A stretch of 64,000 bases of DNA, taken from NCBI GenBank assembly GCA_963666365.2, contig CAXXNF010000001.1, positions 448,001 through 512,000 of the forward strand, given 5' to 3'. The translations under genes were made by a program, and so were the position numbers. Of the stretch, positions 21,710 through 31,266 are shown piece after piece (positions within the stretch are counted from its first letter, which is position 1; each line of letters starts with the position of its first letter). The stretch comes from Syntrophales bacterium (GTDB lineage Bacteria > Desulfobacterota > Syntrophia > Syntrophales > UBA2210). The notes beneath the pieces are model-generated. The model ran no database searches. It saw only the letters and a list, made by a program, of their open reading frames with translations, and had not been told where the DNA came from.

Positions 21710-23440
21710 ATGATGAACCCTATCGTCACAGTCGTGAAAACTATACCCTGCCTGGCGCTCGCCCTCCTGCTGTGTGCATGCGCCGGCTCTCCCCGGCACG
21801 GAGGATATACACCTCATCTAGATGATATAATTATGGATGTCGCGCCTTTGGAAACAAGCTATTATCACTACTCCCTGGGTGTGCTCTTCACGCTCAATAA
21901 AAAATATGAACAAGCAATCGAGGAGTACAAAAAAGCGTTGACCCTCGATGAGCACTCACCATTTTTGATGGCTGAACTCGCCACGATATACGTAAGAAAG
22001 GGAGATCTGACTTCCGCGGCGGAAATTTTAGAAAAGTCCCTTATATACCATCCCGACTACAAGGACACACATCTCCTCCTTGGAGGAATATACGGCAAAT
22101 TAAAAGAATACGACAATGCCATCAAAGAGTATCACACCATTATCAGCCTTGATCCCGCCATAGTCGAACCCTATATCCTTCTGAGCTTTCTCTATGGAGA
22201 ACAGAAAAAGTATGACCAGGCCATTTCCACGCTTATGCAGCTTCTGAAACAGGATCAAGGGAATCATATGGGGACCTACTACCTTGCCAAAATTTATGGA
22301 GAAATGCAGCGGTATCACGAGGCAATAGAGTGGATGGAAAAAACTGTCGCACTGAGCCCTGATTTCGAATCAGCAACTGTCGAGTTGGGGCTGCTCTATC
22401 AAATGGAAGACAATCATACACAAGCCATAGAACTCTATCGAAACTACATCACGCGTAACCCCGAGAATACCGATATCAGGCAGCGGCTCGGAAAACTGCT
22501 GCTCAAGCATGAGCATTACAGGGAAGCGGCTCAAGAATTTGAGGACATACTTAAAATTGACGGCTCACTCAAGGATGCCCGATTTTCTCTTGGTCTCTCC
22601 TACTTATTGGGAAACATTGACCTTGATCGGGCCTCGAGACTCTTTCGCGACATCCTTCATCAGCATCCTCAGGATGAAAGGGCCCGCTACTTCATTGCAT
22701 CCACCTGTGAAGCAATGGGTCTGAGTACCGAGGCGCTCGATGAATTTGAAAAGATACCTCCTTCCTCCAATTTCTTTGTTCCGGCCAGAATCCACATGGG
22801 CCTCATCATGAAACAGCTAGGCAGTGCGGATAAGGCCATCGAGATCATCAGCAACGCTATCGAGACAGGAAAAGAGGACACTGAGCTCTACAATATTCTG
22901 GCCTCTTTCCAGAAAGATGAACGGCAGTATGAACGGGCAGTCGGCACTCTCACCAAAGGATTGAAGGCAATCCCCGAAAGCATTGAATTGCGATACAGCC
23001 TGGGCGTATTATATGAAAAAATGGGCCGTTTTGATGAAGGAATCAGCATGATGAAAGAGATCATCGAACTGGATCCCGACAACGCAGAGGCTCTGAATTT
23101 TATCGGCTACAGCTACGCTGACAGGGGCGTCAATCTCGAAGAGGCGGAAACGCTTCTTATAAAGGCCGTCGAGCTCAAACCGGGAAACGGCTACATAACA
23201 GACAGCCTCGGCTGGCTTTATTTTCGACAGAATAAGATAGCCAAGGCGATCACTCTCCTTGAAAAGGCGGCGTCATTGCTTCCCGATGACCCGACCATTG
23301 CCGAACATCTGGGTGACGCATACGCAAAGGGCGGTTATATCAAAAAGGCGCTCGCCCTTTACAAAACGATCTTAAAAGAGAATCCTGAGCATATATTAAT
23401 CAAGAAAAAGATCGAAGCTTTGATCAAGACGGCGCCGTAA
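21710..23440 (+). CDS. TPR-repeat lipoprotein
   Basis: Lipobox-like LCAC, many TPR helices, C-terminal ALNFIGYSYAD...DSLGWLYF...EHLGDAY. Confidence 0.9.
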   Translation: MMNPIVTVVKTIPCLALALLLCACAGSPRHGGYTPHLDDIIMDVAPLETSYYHYSLGVLFTLNKKYEQAIEEYKKALTLDEHSPFLMAELATIYVRKGDLTSAAEILEKSLIYHPDYKDTHLLLGGIYGKLKEYDNAIKEYHTIISLDPAIVEPYILLSFLYGEQKKYDQAISTLMQLLKQDQGNHMGTYYLAKIYGEMQRYHEAIEWMEKTVALSPDFESATVELGLLYQMEDNHTQAIELYRNYITRNPENTDIRQRLGKLLLKHEHYREAAQEFEDILKIDGSLKDARFSLGLSYLLGNIDLDRASRLFRDILHQHPQDERARYFIASTCEAMGLSTEALDEFEKIPPSSNFFVPARIHMGLIMKQLGSADKAIEIISNAIETGKEDTELYNILASFQKDERQYERAVGTLTKGLKAIPESIELRYSLGVLYEKMGRFDEGISMMKEIIELDPDNAEALNFIGYSYADRGVNLEEAETLLIKAVELKPGNGYITDSLGWLYFRQNKIAKAITLLEKAASLLPDDPTIAEHLGDAYAKGGYIKKALALYKTILKENPEHILIKKKIEALIKTAP

Positions 23441-23450
23441 AAAATGCAAT

Positions 23451-24299
23451 GTGCGGCATTTAGAAAGGAAGGGTCTGTTCACAGATATGAGGACACAGTG
23501 TTTTGTGCCGCTGCTTTCGTTGATTCTCACGGCGTGTATTCTCGGCTGCATGACGAAAGAACCGTCTCATGTTCTCACATCAGCAACGCTGAGTGATGAT
23601 CTGATTGAACGGGCATTTCATGCTCATCGAAGTGGCGAAACGATGCGGGCAATCGCGCGAATAGCCATCGACAAAAAGGAATCTTCCGTCTCCCGGCGGT
23701 TTGCAGTTGCGGTGGCCCGTCCTTCGAAACTGAGAATAGAATCACTTCCCCTATTCGGTCCGCCCGACTTTCTTCTTTCTTTTTGCGACGGTACTTTTAA
23801 GGTCTATGTACCGGAGGCTTCGAAGTTTTATGTGGGGAAGGCAACCGGAAAAAACCTCCTTGCATTTTTCAATATTAACCTCTCTCCCACTGCAATAACT
23901 TCATTAATGACAGGCGCCCCACCCCTTTCGCCGCGCGTCGCAACGCGCCTCTCAGGATACCACGACGGGGAAGGACGACTGCGCATTGACCTTCACGAAG
24001 GAGAGAAGGTGCTTCAATCCCTCTGGCTGAACGCAGACCTTCAGATATCAGAGCTTGAGATAAATGAAGGTACTGACAGTACACCCTTGAAGGCCTTTTT
24101 TTCAGACTATCAGGCTGCTGCGCCTCAACATCCGGTCTACCCTCAAAAAATAACGGTTGTTGTAGAGGAACCTGAGGCAGTGACGATTGACATCCGCTAC
24201 AGGGACGTCGCCGTTTCCTATGATGACAGCGCTTCCTTTTTCGATCTTCAAGTCCCGCCTCTCCTGTCACCGATTTATATTGACGGAGGTAACAGGTAA
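23451..24299 (+). CDS. Lipoprotein, possibly LolB/DUF4292-like
   Basis: Lipobox ILGC, RPSKLRIESLPLFG motif, position after the TPR gene; true start may be 23487. Confidence 0.55.
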   Translation: MRHLERKGLFTDMRTQCFVPLLSLILTACILGCMTKEPSHVLTSATLSDDLIERAFHAHRSGETMRAIARIAIDKKESSVSRRFAVAVARPSKLRIESLPLFGPPDFLLSFCDGTFKVYVPEASKFYVGKATGKNLLAFFNINLSPTAITSLMTGAPPLSPRVATRLSGYHDGEGRLRIDLHEGEKVLQSLWLNADLQISELEINEGTDSTPLKAFFSDYQAAAPQHPVYPQKITVVVEEPEAVTIDIRYRDVAVSYDDSASFFDLQVPPLLSPIYIDGGNR

Positions 24300-24320
24300 G
24301 CGGTTAAAGGCTTTAAGAAA

Positions 24321-24354
24321 AAAGGCCGAAACCTTTTTAAGGGTTTCGGCCTTT
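24321..24354. terminator. Bidirectional intrinsic terminator
   Basis: 13-bp inverted repeat AAAGGCCGAAACC/GGTTTCGGCCTTT between convergent operons. Confidence 0.8.
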
Positions 24355-24410
24355 ACGATTTATTTTCTTTGTTCACAGGGCGTCAGTTTTCAGCCCAAGC
24401 ACCTCTTATC

Positions 24411-25280
24411 TCACTTGATTTCAAGCAGCTTGGACCGTGCAATTTCCGCCGGAGTCGTCCCCGGAAAATCCTTCATCACTCGCTGCAGCAACAGGCGTGA
24501 ACTTGCCTTATCTCCTAATTTCAAGAAGGAAAGCGCCTGTTTGAGCAGTGCATTGGGCACCTTGTTTCCCTTGGGGTAATTTTGAATTACCTTTTCGTAC
24601 TCCAGAATTGCCTCCTCATACTTATCCTGAAAATAAAGACACTCTCCAATCCAGAACTGGGCGTTATCAGAATACTCCGTGTCGGGAAAAAGATTCAAAA
24701 ATTCCTGAAATTTCGTTTTTGCCGTTTCATACTCATGTTCAACAAACACCTTGTAGGCATCGGAGTACAACTGTTCGCTGTCCGGTTTTTCTGCAGGCAC
24801 CGACGCAGGTGTCTCCCTTTTTTTAGGCGGAACCGCTCGCGCGGCGCCGGGGCTTATCTTCAACCGGTCTTCAACAGTTCGTATCCTGGTTTCAAGATCG
24901 CCCAGAGACCCTGTCCGCTGAGAGGCAGTCCCTTCCACCGAGGAGGATTTGAGGGCCGTGATTTCAACACTCAATTCCTCCACGGCACCTCTTAATCGCC
25001 GCACCTCATCCCTGAGATTGATAATGTCGGCACCGGTATCGGCCTGATTCTTTCGAAGAACTTTCTTAAGATCCTCGTCTTGAGCGATTACTTTTCTATT
25101 TTCCGCTATCATGGCGTCATGCGCCTCGAGGGACTCCTGTAACCGCGACACATTCCCCTGGACCGTGGAGATCTGCTCACTGAGACTTCGCCTCACATAA
25201 CTCAGGTCATCAGTGGTCACACAGCCTGCCAGGGCCATTGCGAAGAAAAGCAGCAGAATTAGAACAACACGAGGGTTCAC
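24411..25280 (-). CDS. cpoB: Tol-Pal system protein YbgF/CpoB
   Basis: Lipobox, coiled coil, TPR with SDNAQFWIGE and KVPNALLK; follows pal. Confidence 0.9.
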   Translation of the reverse strand: MNPRVVLILLLFFAMALAGCVTTDDLSYVRRSLSEQISTVQGNVSRLQESLEAHDAMIAENRKVIAQDEDLKKVLRKNQADTGADIINLRDEVRRLRGAVEELSVEITALKSSSVEGTASQRTGSLGDLETRIRTVEDRLKISPGAARAVPPKKRETPASVPAEKPDSEQLYSDAYKVFVEHEYETAKTKFQEFLNLFPDTEYSDNAQFWIGECLYFQDKYEEAILEYEKVIQNYPKGNKVPNALLKQALSFLKLGDKASSRLLLQRVMKDFPGTTPAEIARSKLLEIK

Positions 25281-25309
25281 TTATCGACAGCTCCCAACTT
25301 TTCCACAGG

Positions 25310-25900
25310 CTATTTGTACTTTTTCCACGTCGTGGGAAACACAACAAAGTGATCCCGCCTGTTTTTCGCCCATGCTTCCTCATTGTGTCGAGGATCTAAG
25401 GGCATTTCTTCACCATAGCTTATGGTATTTACACGCGCCCCATCGACACCGAGGTTTACAAGATAACTTTTGGCTGCCTGCGCACGCCTCTCACCCAGTG
25501 CCAGGTTGTATTCGGCTGTGCCGCGCTCGTCACAGTGCCCTTCAATGTTGGCATTGAATTCGCCATATTTCAAAAGCCAGTTGGCAAGTCCGTCCAATTT
25601 GGCCCTGGCCGGCGCCTTCAGATCATACTTATCAAAATCGAAATGGATATCCTCAAAGGCAGCAGCCTCCGCCATCAGTCTTTCGCGCAGCGCCTTTTCC
25701 GCCTTCAGCGCTTCGTCATCGGCTGCTTTCTTGATCGGCGCCGGTTTGGGCGCTTCGGCTTTCACAGGTGCAGGCGGCGCCTTTATGGCAGTGTCCTCTT
25801 TCACGATGGTTTCCTCAAAACAATAGCACCCTCCAAGCGTCAGCAGCAAAAAACACGACATAACCACTACCATTCCTATCTTACAATAGTTTCGCTTCAT
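25310..25900 (-). CDS. pal: Peptidoglycan-associated lipoprotein Pal
   Basis: IHFDFDK, EGHCDERGTAEYNLALGERRA, ISYGEE, KNRR; start placed at MKRNY. Confidence 0.95.
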   Translation of the reverse strand: MKRNYCKIGMVVVMSCFLLLTLGGCYCFEETIVKEDTAIKAPPAPVKAEAPKPAPIKKAADDEALKAEKALRERLMAEAAAFEDIHFDFDKYDLKAPARAKLDGLANWLLKYGEFNANIEGHCDERGTAEYNLALGERRAQAAKSYLVNLGVDGARVNTISYGEEMPLDPRHNEEAWAKNRRDHFVVFPTTWKKYK

Positions 25901-25962
25901 TCCAATACCCTCCTCTCTAAATTCGTTGATATTACAAATAGTAAGTTCAAAACGACCAAAGG

Positions 25963-27285
25963 TCAATATAAATCTAAACGGGGCGACCATGCGGGATACT
26001 TTAAAGAATCGAGCTTTGCCGCGCCATCTATTACCCGTAAATTTAAACCATTTGAATTAATTATGCAAAGTTTTTTAATTCCCCCTCTTTCAGTGACAAA
26101 GGTCAGGTATCTTCCATCGGGTGACCATGAGGGGGCTTCACATCCCCTTTCCTCGAAGGTGAGCTGTACAAAGGCACTCCCGTCTTCATCAATGATGAAG
26201 AGCTGGAAACGGCCGTTTGCTGACCCCTCGTAGGCAATCTTCCCGCCCGTGGGCGACCAGGCGGGCGACGTATTGTAGGACCCCTCGAAGGTCAATCTGC
26301 GGACATTTTTGCCGTCGGAATCCATGATAAAAATCTGCGGCGATCCCGACCGGTTTGACACAAATGCAATCTTCGATCCGTCGGGAGACCAGCAGGGCGA
26401 TACGTCAATCGCGGGATCATAGGTAAGTCTCTGGAGCCCCTTTGTCTCAAGATCCATCACATATACTTCCTCGTTGCCGTCCTTGCTGAGCGTTAACAAA
26501 ACCTTCTTACCCTCGGGAGACCAGGATGCAGCCATATTGAGACCTTGATAATTTGACAGAATCGATCTTGCGCCGCTCTTGAGATCAAGAATGTACGCAT
26601 CGGGATTTTGATGTATATAGGAGGTAAGCGAAAGACGCCCTCCATCGGTAGACCAGCGAGGCATCAAGGTCAGCGACTGGTAATCAGTAATTTTTGTAAG
26701 TCCCGTCCCGTCGAAACGGACGGTATAAATATCGGATACCTTCCCCTTTCTGCCCACAAAGGCGATTTTTGTATTATAGACGCCCCGCTCGCCGGTAAGC
26801 GCCAGCAGTACTTCTTCAGCAAACTTAATGACGATGGTTCTTCTGTCTTTCAGGGCGCCCCAATATCGCTTTCCCGTAATGAGCTTCCCCTCAACCACAT
26901 CGAAAAGCCGCACTTCCACCGATAATTGCGTACCGTCGTAGGAATACCCCCCTTTAATGAGAAAATCACAGCCCACGGGGAGCCAGTCCCCAAAATTTGT
27001 TCCCGTCACGTTAATGCCGGCACTGCGGGCATCTTCGAGAAAGGCCCCCCGTTCGATTACCCTGAAGAACCCTGTGATAGCAAGGACATCCCCCATCTCA
27101 TCGGCAAACCATGATGTCAGACCCTTGGTCCCCTCATGATCATTCAGGTTTTTAAAATCCTGCACTGCAACGGGAAATTGCTGAAAGGCCGGTGCATCAA
27201 TGTCAATATAGATCTTTCCCCAGACCGCGGGGACCCAAAGAAAAACTATTACTGCAATAGTTATGACTCCATAACGCATCTGCAT
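25963..27285 (-). CDS. tolB: Tol-Pal beta-propeller protein TolB
   Basis: TolB N-domain plus repeated P-x-WSPDG (PD40) units. Confidence 0.95.
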   Translation of the reverse strand: MQMRYGVITIAVIVFLWVPAVWGKIYIDIDAPAFQQFPVAVQDFKNLNDHEGTKGLTSWFADEMGDVLAITGFFRVIERGAFLEDARSAGINVTGTNFGDWLPVGCDFLIKGGYSYDGTQLSVEVRLFDVVEGKLITGKRYWGALKDRRTIVIKFAEEVLLALTGERGVYNTKIAFVGRKGKVSDIYTVRFDGTGLTKITDYQSLTLMPRWSTDGGRLSLTSYIHQNPDAYILDLKSGARSILSNYQGLNMAASWSPEGKKVLLTLSKDGNEEVYVMDLETKGLQRLTYDPAIDVSPCWSPDGSKIAFVSNRSGSPQIFIMDSDGKNVRRLTFEGSYNTSPAWSPTGGKIAYEGSANGRFQLFIIDEDGSAFVQLTFEERGCEAPSWSPDGRYLTFVTERGGIKKLCIINSNGLNLRVIDGAAKLDSLKYPAWSPRLDLY

Positions 27286-27335
27286 CGTCCAAACTTACCT
27301 TTCTCTGGCAGACGTAACGGTGGATAATAAAAACG

Positions 27336-28109
27336 TTATTTCAGAAGATCTGACGTCCGGAACCGTATTCCCAGCTCAATGGATTGCTCATCGAGCCATT
27401 CCGGAAGAACGGGAAAGGGGGCCGCCTTTTTAACCGCCTTATCGGCAGATTCATCAAAAAACTGGTTCCCTGATCGTTGCTCAAATTCAATGTCCCCCAA
27501 AGTTCCGTCTTTACGAATTATCGCCGCAAGGACCGCTTCGAGATTATCGTTTGTCAACATACCCTCAGGCCACGCCCAATGCTCTTTGATTTTTGCCCAC
27601 ACAATTGAATAATAGACCTGCATTTTCACGTTCACCTCGCCCCTCCCATCTCCCCCGGCATCAGCGGATGGGACTGAAGCAGGGGCAACGGAACCGCCGG
27701 CTCGGGATGTCGATTCAGGCATCGATGCAACTTTCTGCTTAATTTTGTTAATCGCATCATCGACGTTCTTCACCGGCACCCTTTTTCGAATCCGAATCGG
27801 TTTAATAGGAACCGCCTGAACGTCCTCAACGCTTTTTTTCATGACCACCGCACTTTCTCTGGAATCCATTCTTACCGTATCCCAGGGAATCGTCTTCGCG
27901 GGACCGGTCCGATTCATACTGGCGGGCACAGTAACCAGGTCAACCGTATAGGCCGGTCCAAAGGTCCACTTCGGCGACGGGACCGATGGGGAAAAAAGGA
28001 TTATCGAAAGAACGAGCGCGTGAAGCAGCAAAGAGATCACTATCATATTATTCAAACTGATGCCGTCACTGCGCCTGTCCTTCGCCTTCTCACTGAGGTA
28101 CATCCACAT
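27336..28109 (-). CDS. tolA: TolA/TonB-family energy transducer
   Basis: SxxxH TM motif (ISLLLHAL), C-terminal SGNQFFDESADKAV; lies between tolR and tolB. Confidence 0.8.
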   Translation of the reverse strand: MWMYLSEKAKDRRSDGISLNNMIVISLLLHALVLSIILFSPSVPSPKWTFGPAYTVDLVTVPASMNRTGPAKTIPWDTVRMDSRESAVVMKKSVEDVQAVPIKPIRIRKRVPVKNVDDAINKIKQKVASMPESTSRAGGSVAPASVPSADAGGDGRGEVNVKMQVYYSIVWAKIKEHWAWPEGMLTNDNLEAVLAAIIRKDGTLGDIEFEQRSGNQFFDESADKAVKKAAPFPVLPEWLDEQSIELGIRFRTSDLLK

Positions 28110-28522
28110 TATTCCTTTGGGGGTTTTGTGATCATGCCAAGTTTATCCACCCCGGCTTTTCTCACTTCAGACATAACCTCGACCACGAATCCATAGGGAA
28201 CAGTCTCATCGGCGCGCATGAATATTTCTCTGTCTATTCTGGCGGCAAAAATACTTTCCAGTTTGGCTTTCAGATCATCAATGGTCGCCTTGTAACGATT
28301 AATATAAATCTCTTTATCGGCATTGATGGTCAAAATCAGCTTTTCTTCTCCCACATCGACACTTTTCGCCTTCACCCGGGGAAGGTTGACGTCGATCCCC
28401 ATCTGGAGCATCGGCGCGGTTACCATGAATATGATGAGAAGCACTAAAATGACATCGACCAGCGGCGTGACATTTATGTCCGAAACGGGTTTGCTATTTC
28501 TGCTGTTTTGCGATCTTCTCAT
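28109..28522 (-). CDS. tolR: TolR
   Basis: INVTPLVDVILVLLIIFMVTAP, RADETVPYG. Confidence 0.93.
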   Translation of the reverse strand: MRRSQNSRNSKPVSDINVTPLVDVILVLLIIFMVTAPMLQMGIDVNLPRVKAKSVDVGEEKLILTINADKEIYINRYKATIDDLKAKLESIFAARIDREIFMRADETVPYGFVVEVMSEVRKAGVDKLGMITKPPKE

Positions 28523-29283
28523 TGCTGCTGGGCATTTCTCACGTAGAAACGTTCTATTATATTGAGGAACTCCGACGAAAAATTCTCAGTCTCCACATGT
28601 AGGGATCGTATCTTACTGAGATAGTAATTATAAAATACAACCGCCGGAATGGCCGCCGCAAGACCGGCCGCCGTCGCAATCAACGCCTCCGATATTCCAG
28701 GCGCCACTACGGAAAGCGTTGCCGATCCCCTCACGCCAATGCCCTTGAAGGCATTCATAATCCCCCATACCGTTCCAAAAAGGCCGATAAAGGGACAGGC
28801 ACTTCCCGTGGTCGCCAAAAACCCGAGCGTGCCTTCGAGTTTGGTCACTTCCGAATCGCAGGCACGATTAAGCGCCCGTTCGATATTGTCCATTCCTCGA
28901 AGCTCTAATGAAAAGACACCCTCATCCGTCGCGTCGGCATTCACGGCGTCCCGCTTCGCCCCGGCAATTTTACTCAGTTCTGTATAGCCTGCCCTGAACA
29001 CCTCCGCAATTGTGGAATATCTGAATTTTTTCGATTCGGGAAATATGGTTGAAAGTTTGTTGCTTCTCATATAGGCGGCAAGAAAAAGCTCGTTTTCCTT
29101 CTTTGCGCGTCTGATCATTCGGTACTTCATAAAAATGATTGCCCAGGAAACCACTGAGAAGCATAAAAGTATCAAAAGCACAAACTGGACCATCGGCCCG
29201 GCGCCGAAAATCATATCCAGAACATTGCCGTGGAATTGCTTTCCGATATCCGCGGCAGTCACTGCCAGGGCTTCACTCACCAT
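28519..29283 (-). CDS. tolQ: TolQ
   Basis: LATTGSACPFIGLFGTVWGIM, APGISEALIATAAGL. Confidence 0.94.
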   Translation of the reverse strand: MVSEALAVTAADIGKQFHGNVLDMIFGAGPMVQFVLLILLCFSVVSWAIIFMKYRMIRRAKKENELFLAAYMRSNKLSTIFPESKKFRYSTIAEVFRAGYTELSKIAGAKRDAVNADATDEGVFSLELRGMDNIERALNRACDSEVTKLEGTLGFLATTGSACPFIGLFGTVWGIMNAFKGIGVRGSATLSVVAPGISEALIATAAGLAAAIPAVVFYNYYLSKIRSLHVETENFSSEFLNIIERFYVRNAQQQ

Positions 29284-29432
29284 CCTCTTCCTCGCTCGCT
29301 TACGTATTTTGTTACAAGGTTGTAGTGTAAAATGCGTGCATTGTCAACATCTCTTTTGACAGGTGTAGACCTAACAGTTTGCAATTATAACAATAATCAT
29401 GGAGATGATCCCGGCATTATACACGGAACAGA

Positions 29433-31154
29433 CTATGCGCTGTAGTGCCTGTAACTGTTGCGACCTGACTCTTTCGCCCGGTACATGGCAATATCGGCCT
29501 TCTTGACAAGTGCCTCAGGGTCGCTGTCCTGTGCGGGATAGAAAGAAATCCCCAGACTGGCCGTCACTTCAAGGCGATGATCCCCAAGCAGAAAGGGCTC
29601 GCGAATGGCGGAGAGAATTTTTTCCGCAATCAGATCAGCATCCTTTTCATGAGTCATATCAGGCAAAAGCATGATAAACTCGTCTCCCCCTATACGGCTC
29701 ACCGTATCGCTTTTACGAAGACAGTCCTTCAGACGGCCCCCCAGGTCTTTGAGTAGAAGGTCCCCCACATTGTGGCCCAGCCTATCGTTGATGTCCTTAA
29801 AGTGATCCAGATCAAAAAACATGACGGCAAGTTTTTTCTTATAGCGCCGGGCCTTTGAAAGCTCCATGGCTAGTCGATCATTGAAAAGCACCCTGTTGGG
29901 AAGACCTGTCAATTGGTCATGGGTGGCCATGTGGGCAAGCCTGCGTTCGGTTTCCTTGTACTCGGTCATGTCCTTTCCCACACAAAATACGACATTTCTG
30001 CCCTTCAAAACAGTGGGAGTAACCGCCAGTTCGAGATATTTCGTTTTCTCCCGGACATAATATTCCACTTCCCTGGTTCCGCCGGATCTCCAGAGTTCAC
30101 GGCGCTTTTGCAGCAGTATCTTTTTCCGTTCCGGGTCAGGGGGAAGGAAATCACTGATGTTTTTGGTTTTCAACTCTTCCCCGGTACATTCAAGAAAAAG
30201 GAGGGCCGCGTCATTGTAGTCCATGAAATTACCGCGGGGGTCGATAATGATAATAGGGCTTGAGGTCTTGGTAAAAAGATTGCGGTAGCGTTCCTCGCTT
30301 TCTTCCAGTTCCCGCACTGCTCTTTTCTGTTTCGTCACATCACGAGAGAGCCCCCTGAAACCGACAGGAATCCCCTGTGAGTTGCGTTTAAGTGACACAT
30401 GCATCTGCCGTATCCTTACAGTACCGTCCCTGTGAAACACTTCATAATCGTCAACGTCAACCGGCGTTCCCGTTTTATAGGCCTCACTAAAAACCGGTAT
30501 AACCTGCCTGACCGCTTCCGGTTTTGAATACCGTCGATAATTCATGCCGATCAGTTCTTCCCTCGCATATCCGGACATTCTGCAGAGGGCATCGTTTACA
30601 AAGGTCATATTTCCTTTCAGATCGGTTTCGAAATAGCCCTCGTCAATCTCTTCAAGCAGTGTCCGGTATCGTTCTTCACTTTCTCTCAGAACACGCTCTG
30701 CCTCTATGCGCTCGGTCATGTCGATAAAGACGCCTCTGAATCCGATCGGTTCATGATCCCTGTTCATTCTGAAGACTCTCAACCTGACGAAATGCCTGGC
30801 CCTGTCATTGTCATAGACAACACAATTATCGATATCGACGGGGATCCCCGTCCGAAACAACCCAAAAAAAAGGGAAAAGAGCCGGTGCGCCGTTTCCTCA
30901 TCGGTATAATCCCGATAGTTCACCCCGATCAGTTCATCGCATGTTGTGTAGCCCATTTTGCGGCACAAAGATTCGCTTACAAAGGTAAAGTTTCCTCTCA
31001 CATCGATCTCGAAGTAGCCGTCCTCTATATTGTCGAGGATCGTCCGGTACCGTTCTTCATCTATCTGCAGGCGCTTGCTTTCCAAACGACGGACGCATAG
31101 ACGCAATTCATCAATCAGCTTTTCCCTTGTCATCGATGAGTAATTCACCGTCAT
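29433..31154 (-). CDS. Diguanylate cyclase with three PAS domains
   Basis: Three PAS/PAC repeats, HDQLTGLPNR, RKSD I-site, GGDEF. Confidence 0.93.
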   Translation of the reverse strand: MTVNYSSMTREKLIDELRLCVRRLESKRLQIDEERYRTILDNIEDGYFEIDVRGNFTFVSESLCRKMGYTTCDELIGVNYRDYTDEETAHRLFSLFFGLFRTGIPVDIDNCVVYDNDRARHFVRLRVFRMNRDHEPIGFRGVFIDMTERIEAERVLRESEERYRTLLEEIDEGYFETDLKGNMTFVNDALCRMSGYAREELIGMNYRRYSKPEAVRQVIPVFSEAYKTGTPVDVDDYEVFHRDGTVRIRQMHVSLKRNSQGIPVGFRGLSRDVTKQKRAVRELEESEERYRNLFTKTSSPIIIIDPRGNFMDYNDAALLFLECTGEELKTKNISDFLPPDPERKKILLQKRRELWRSGGTREVEYYVREKTKYLELAVTPTVLKGRNVVFCVGKDMTEYKETERRLAHMATHDQLTGLPNRVLFNDRLAMELSKARRYKKKLAVMFFDLDHFKDINDRLGHNVGDLLLKDLGGRLKDCLRKSDTVSRIGGDEFIMLLPDMTHEKDADLIAEKILSAIREPFLLGDHRLEVTASLGISFYPAQDSDPEALVKKADIAMYRAKESGRNSYRHYSA

Positions 31155-31266
31155 CTTCAGTCCCTTTTTTGTGTATGCTATTAGAATATCCCATTAAAAT
31201 TGTAAATAAAAAAATAACTCACTGTTTCTTAGTACAAGTTTTCTTGCAAAGGGCGCAAAGTGTGAT

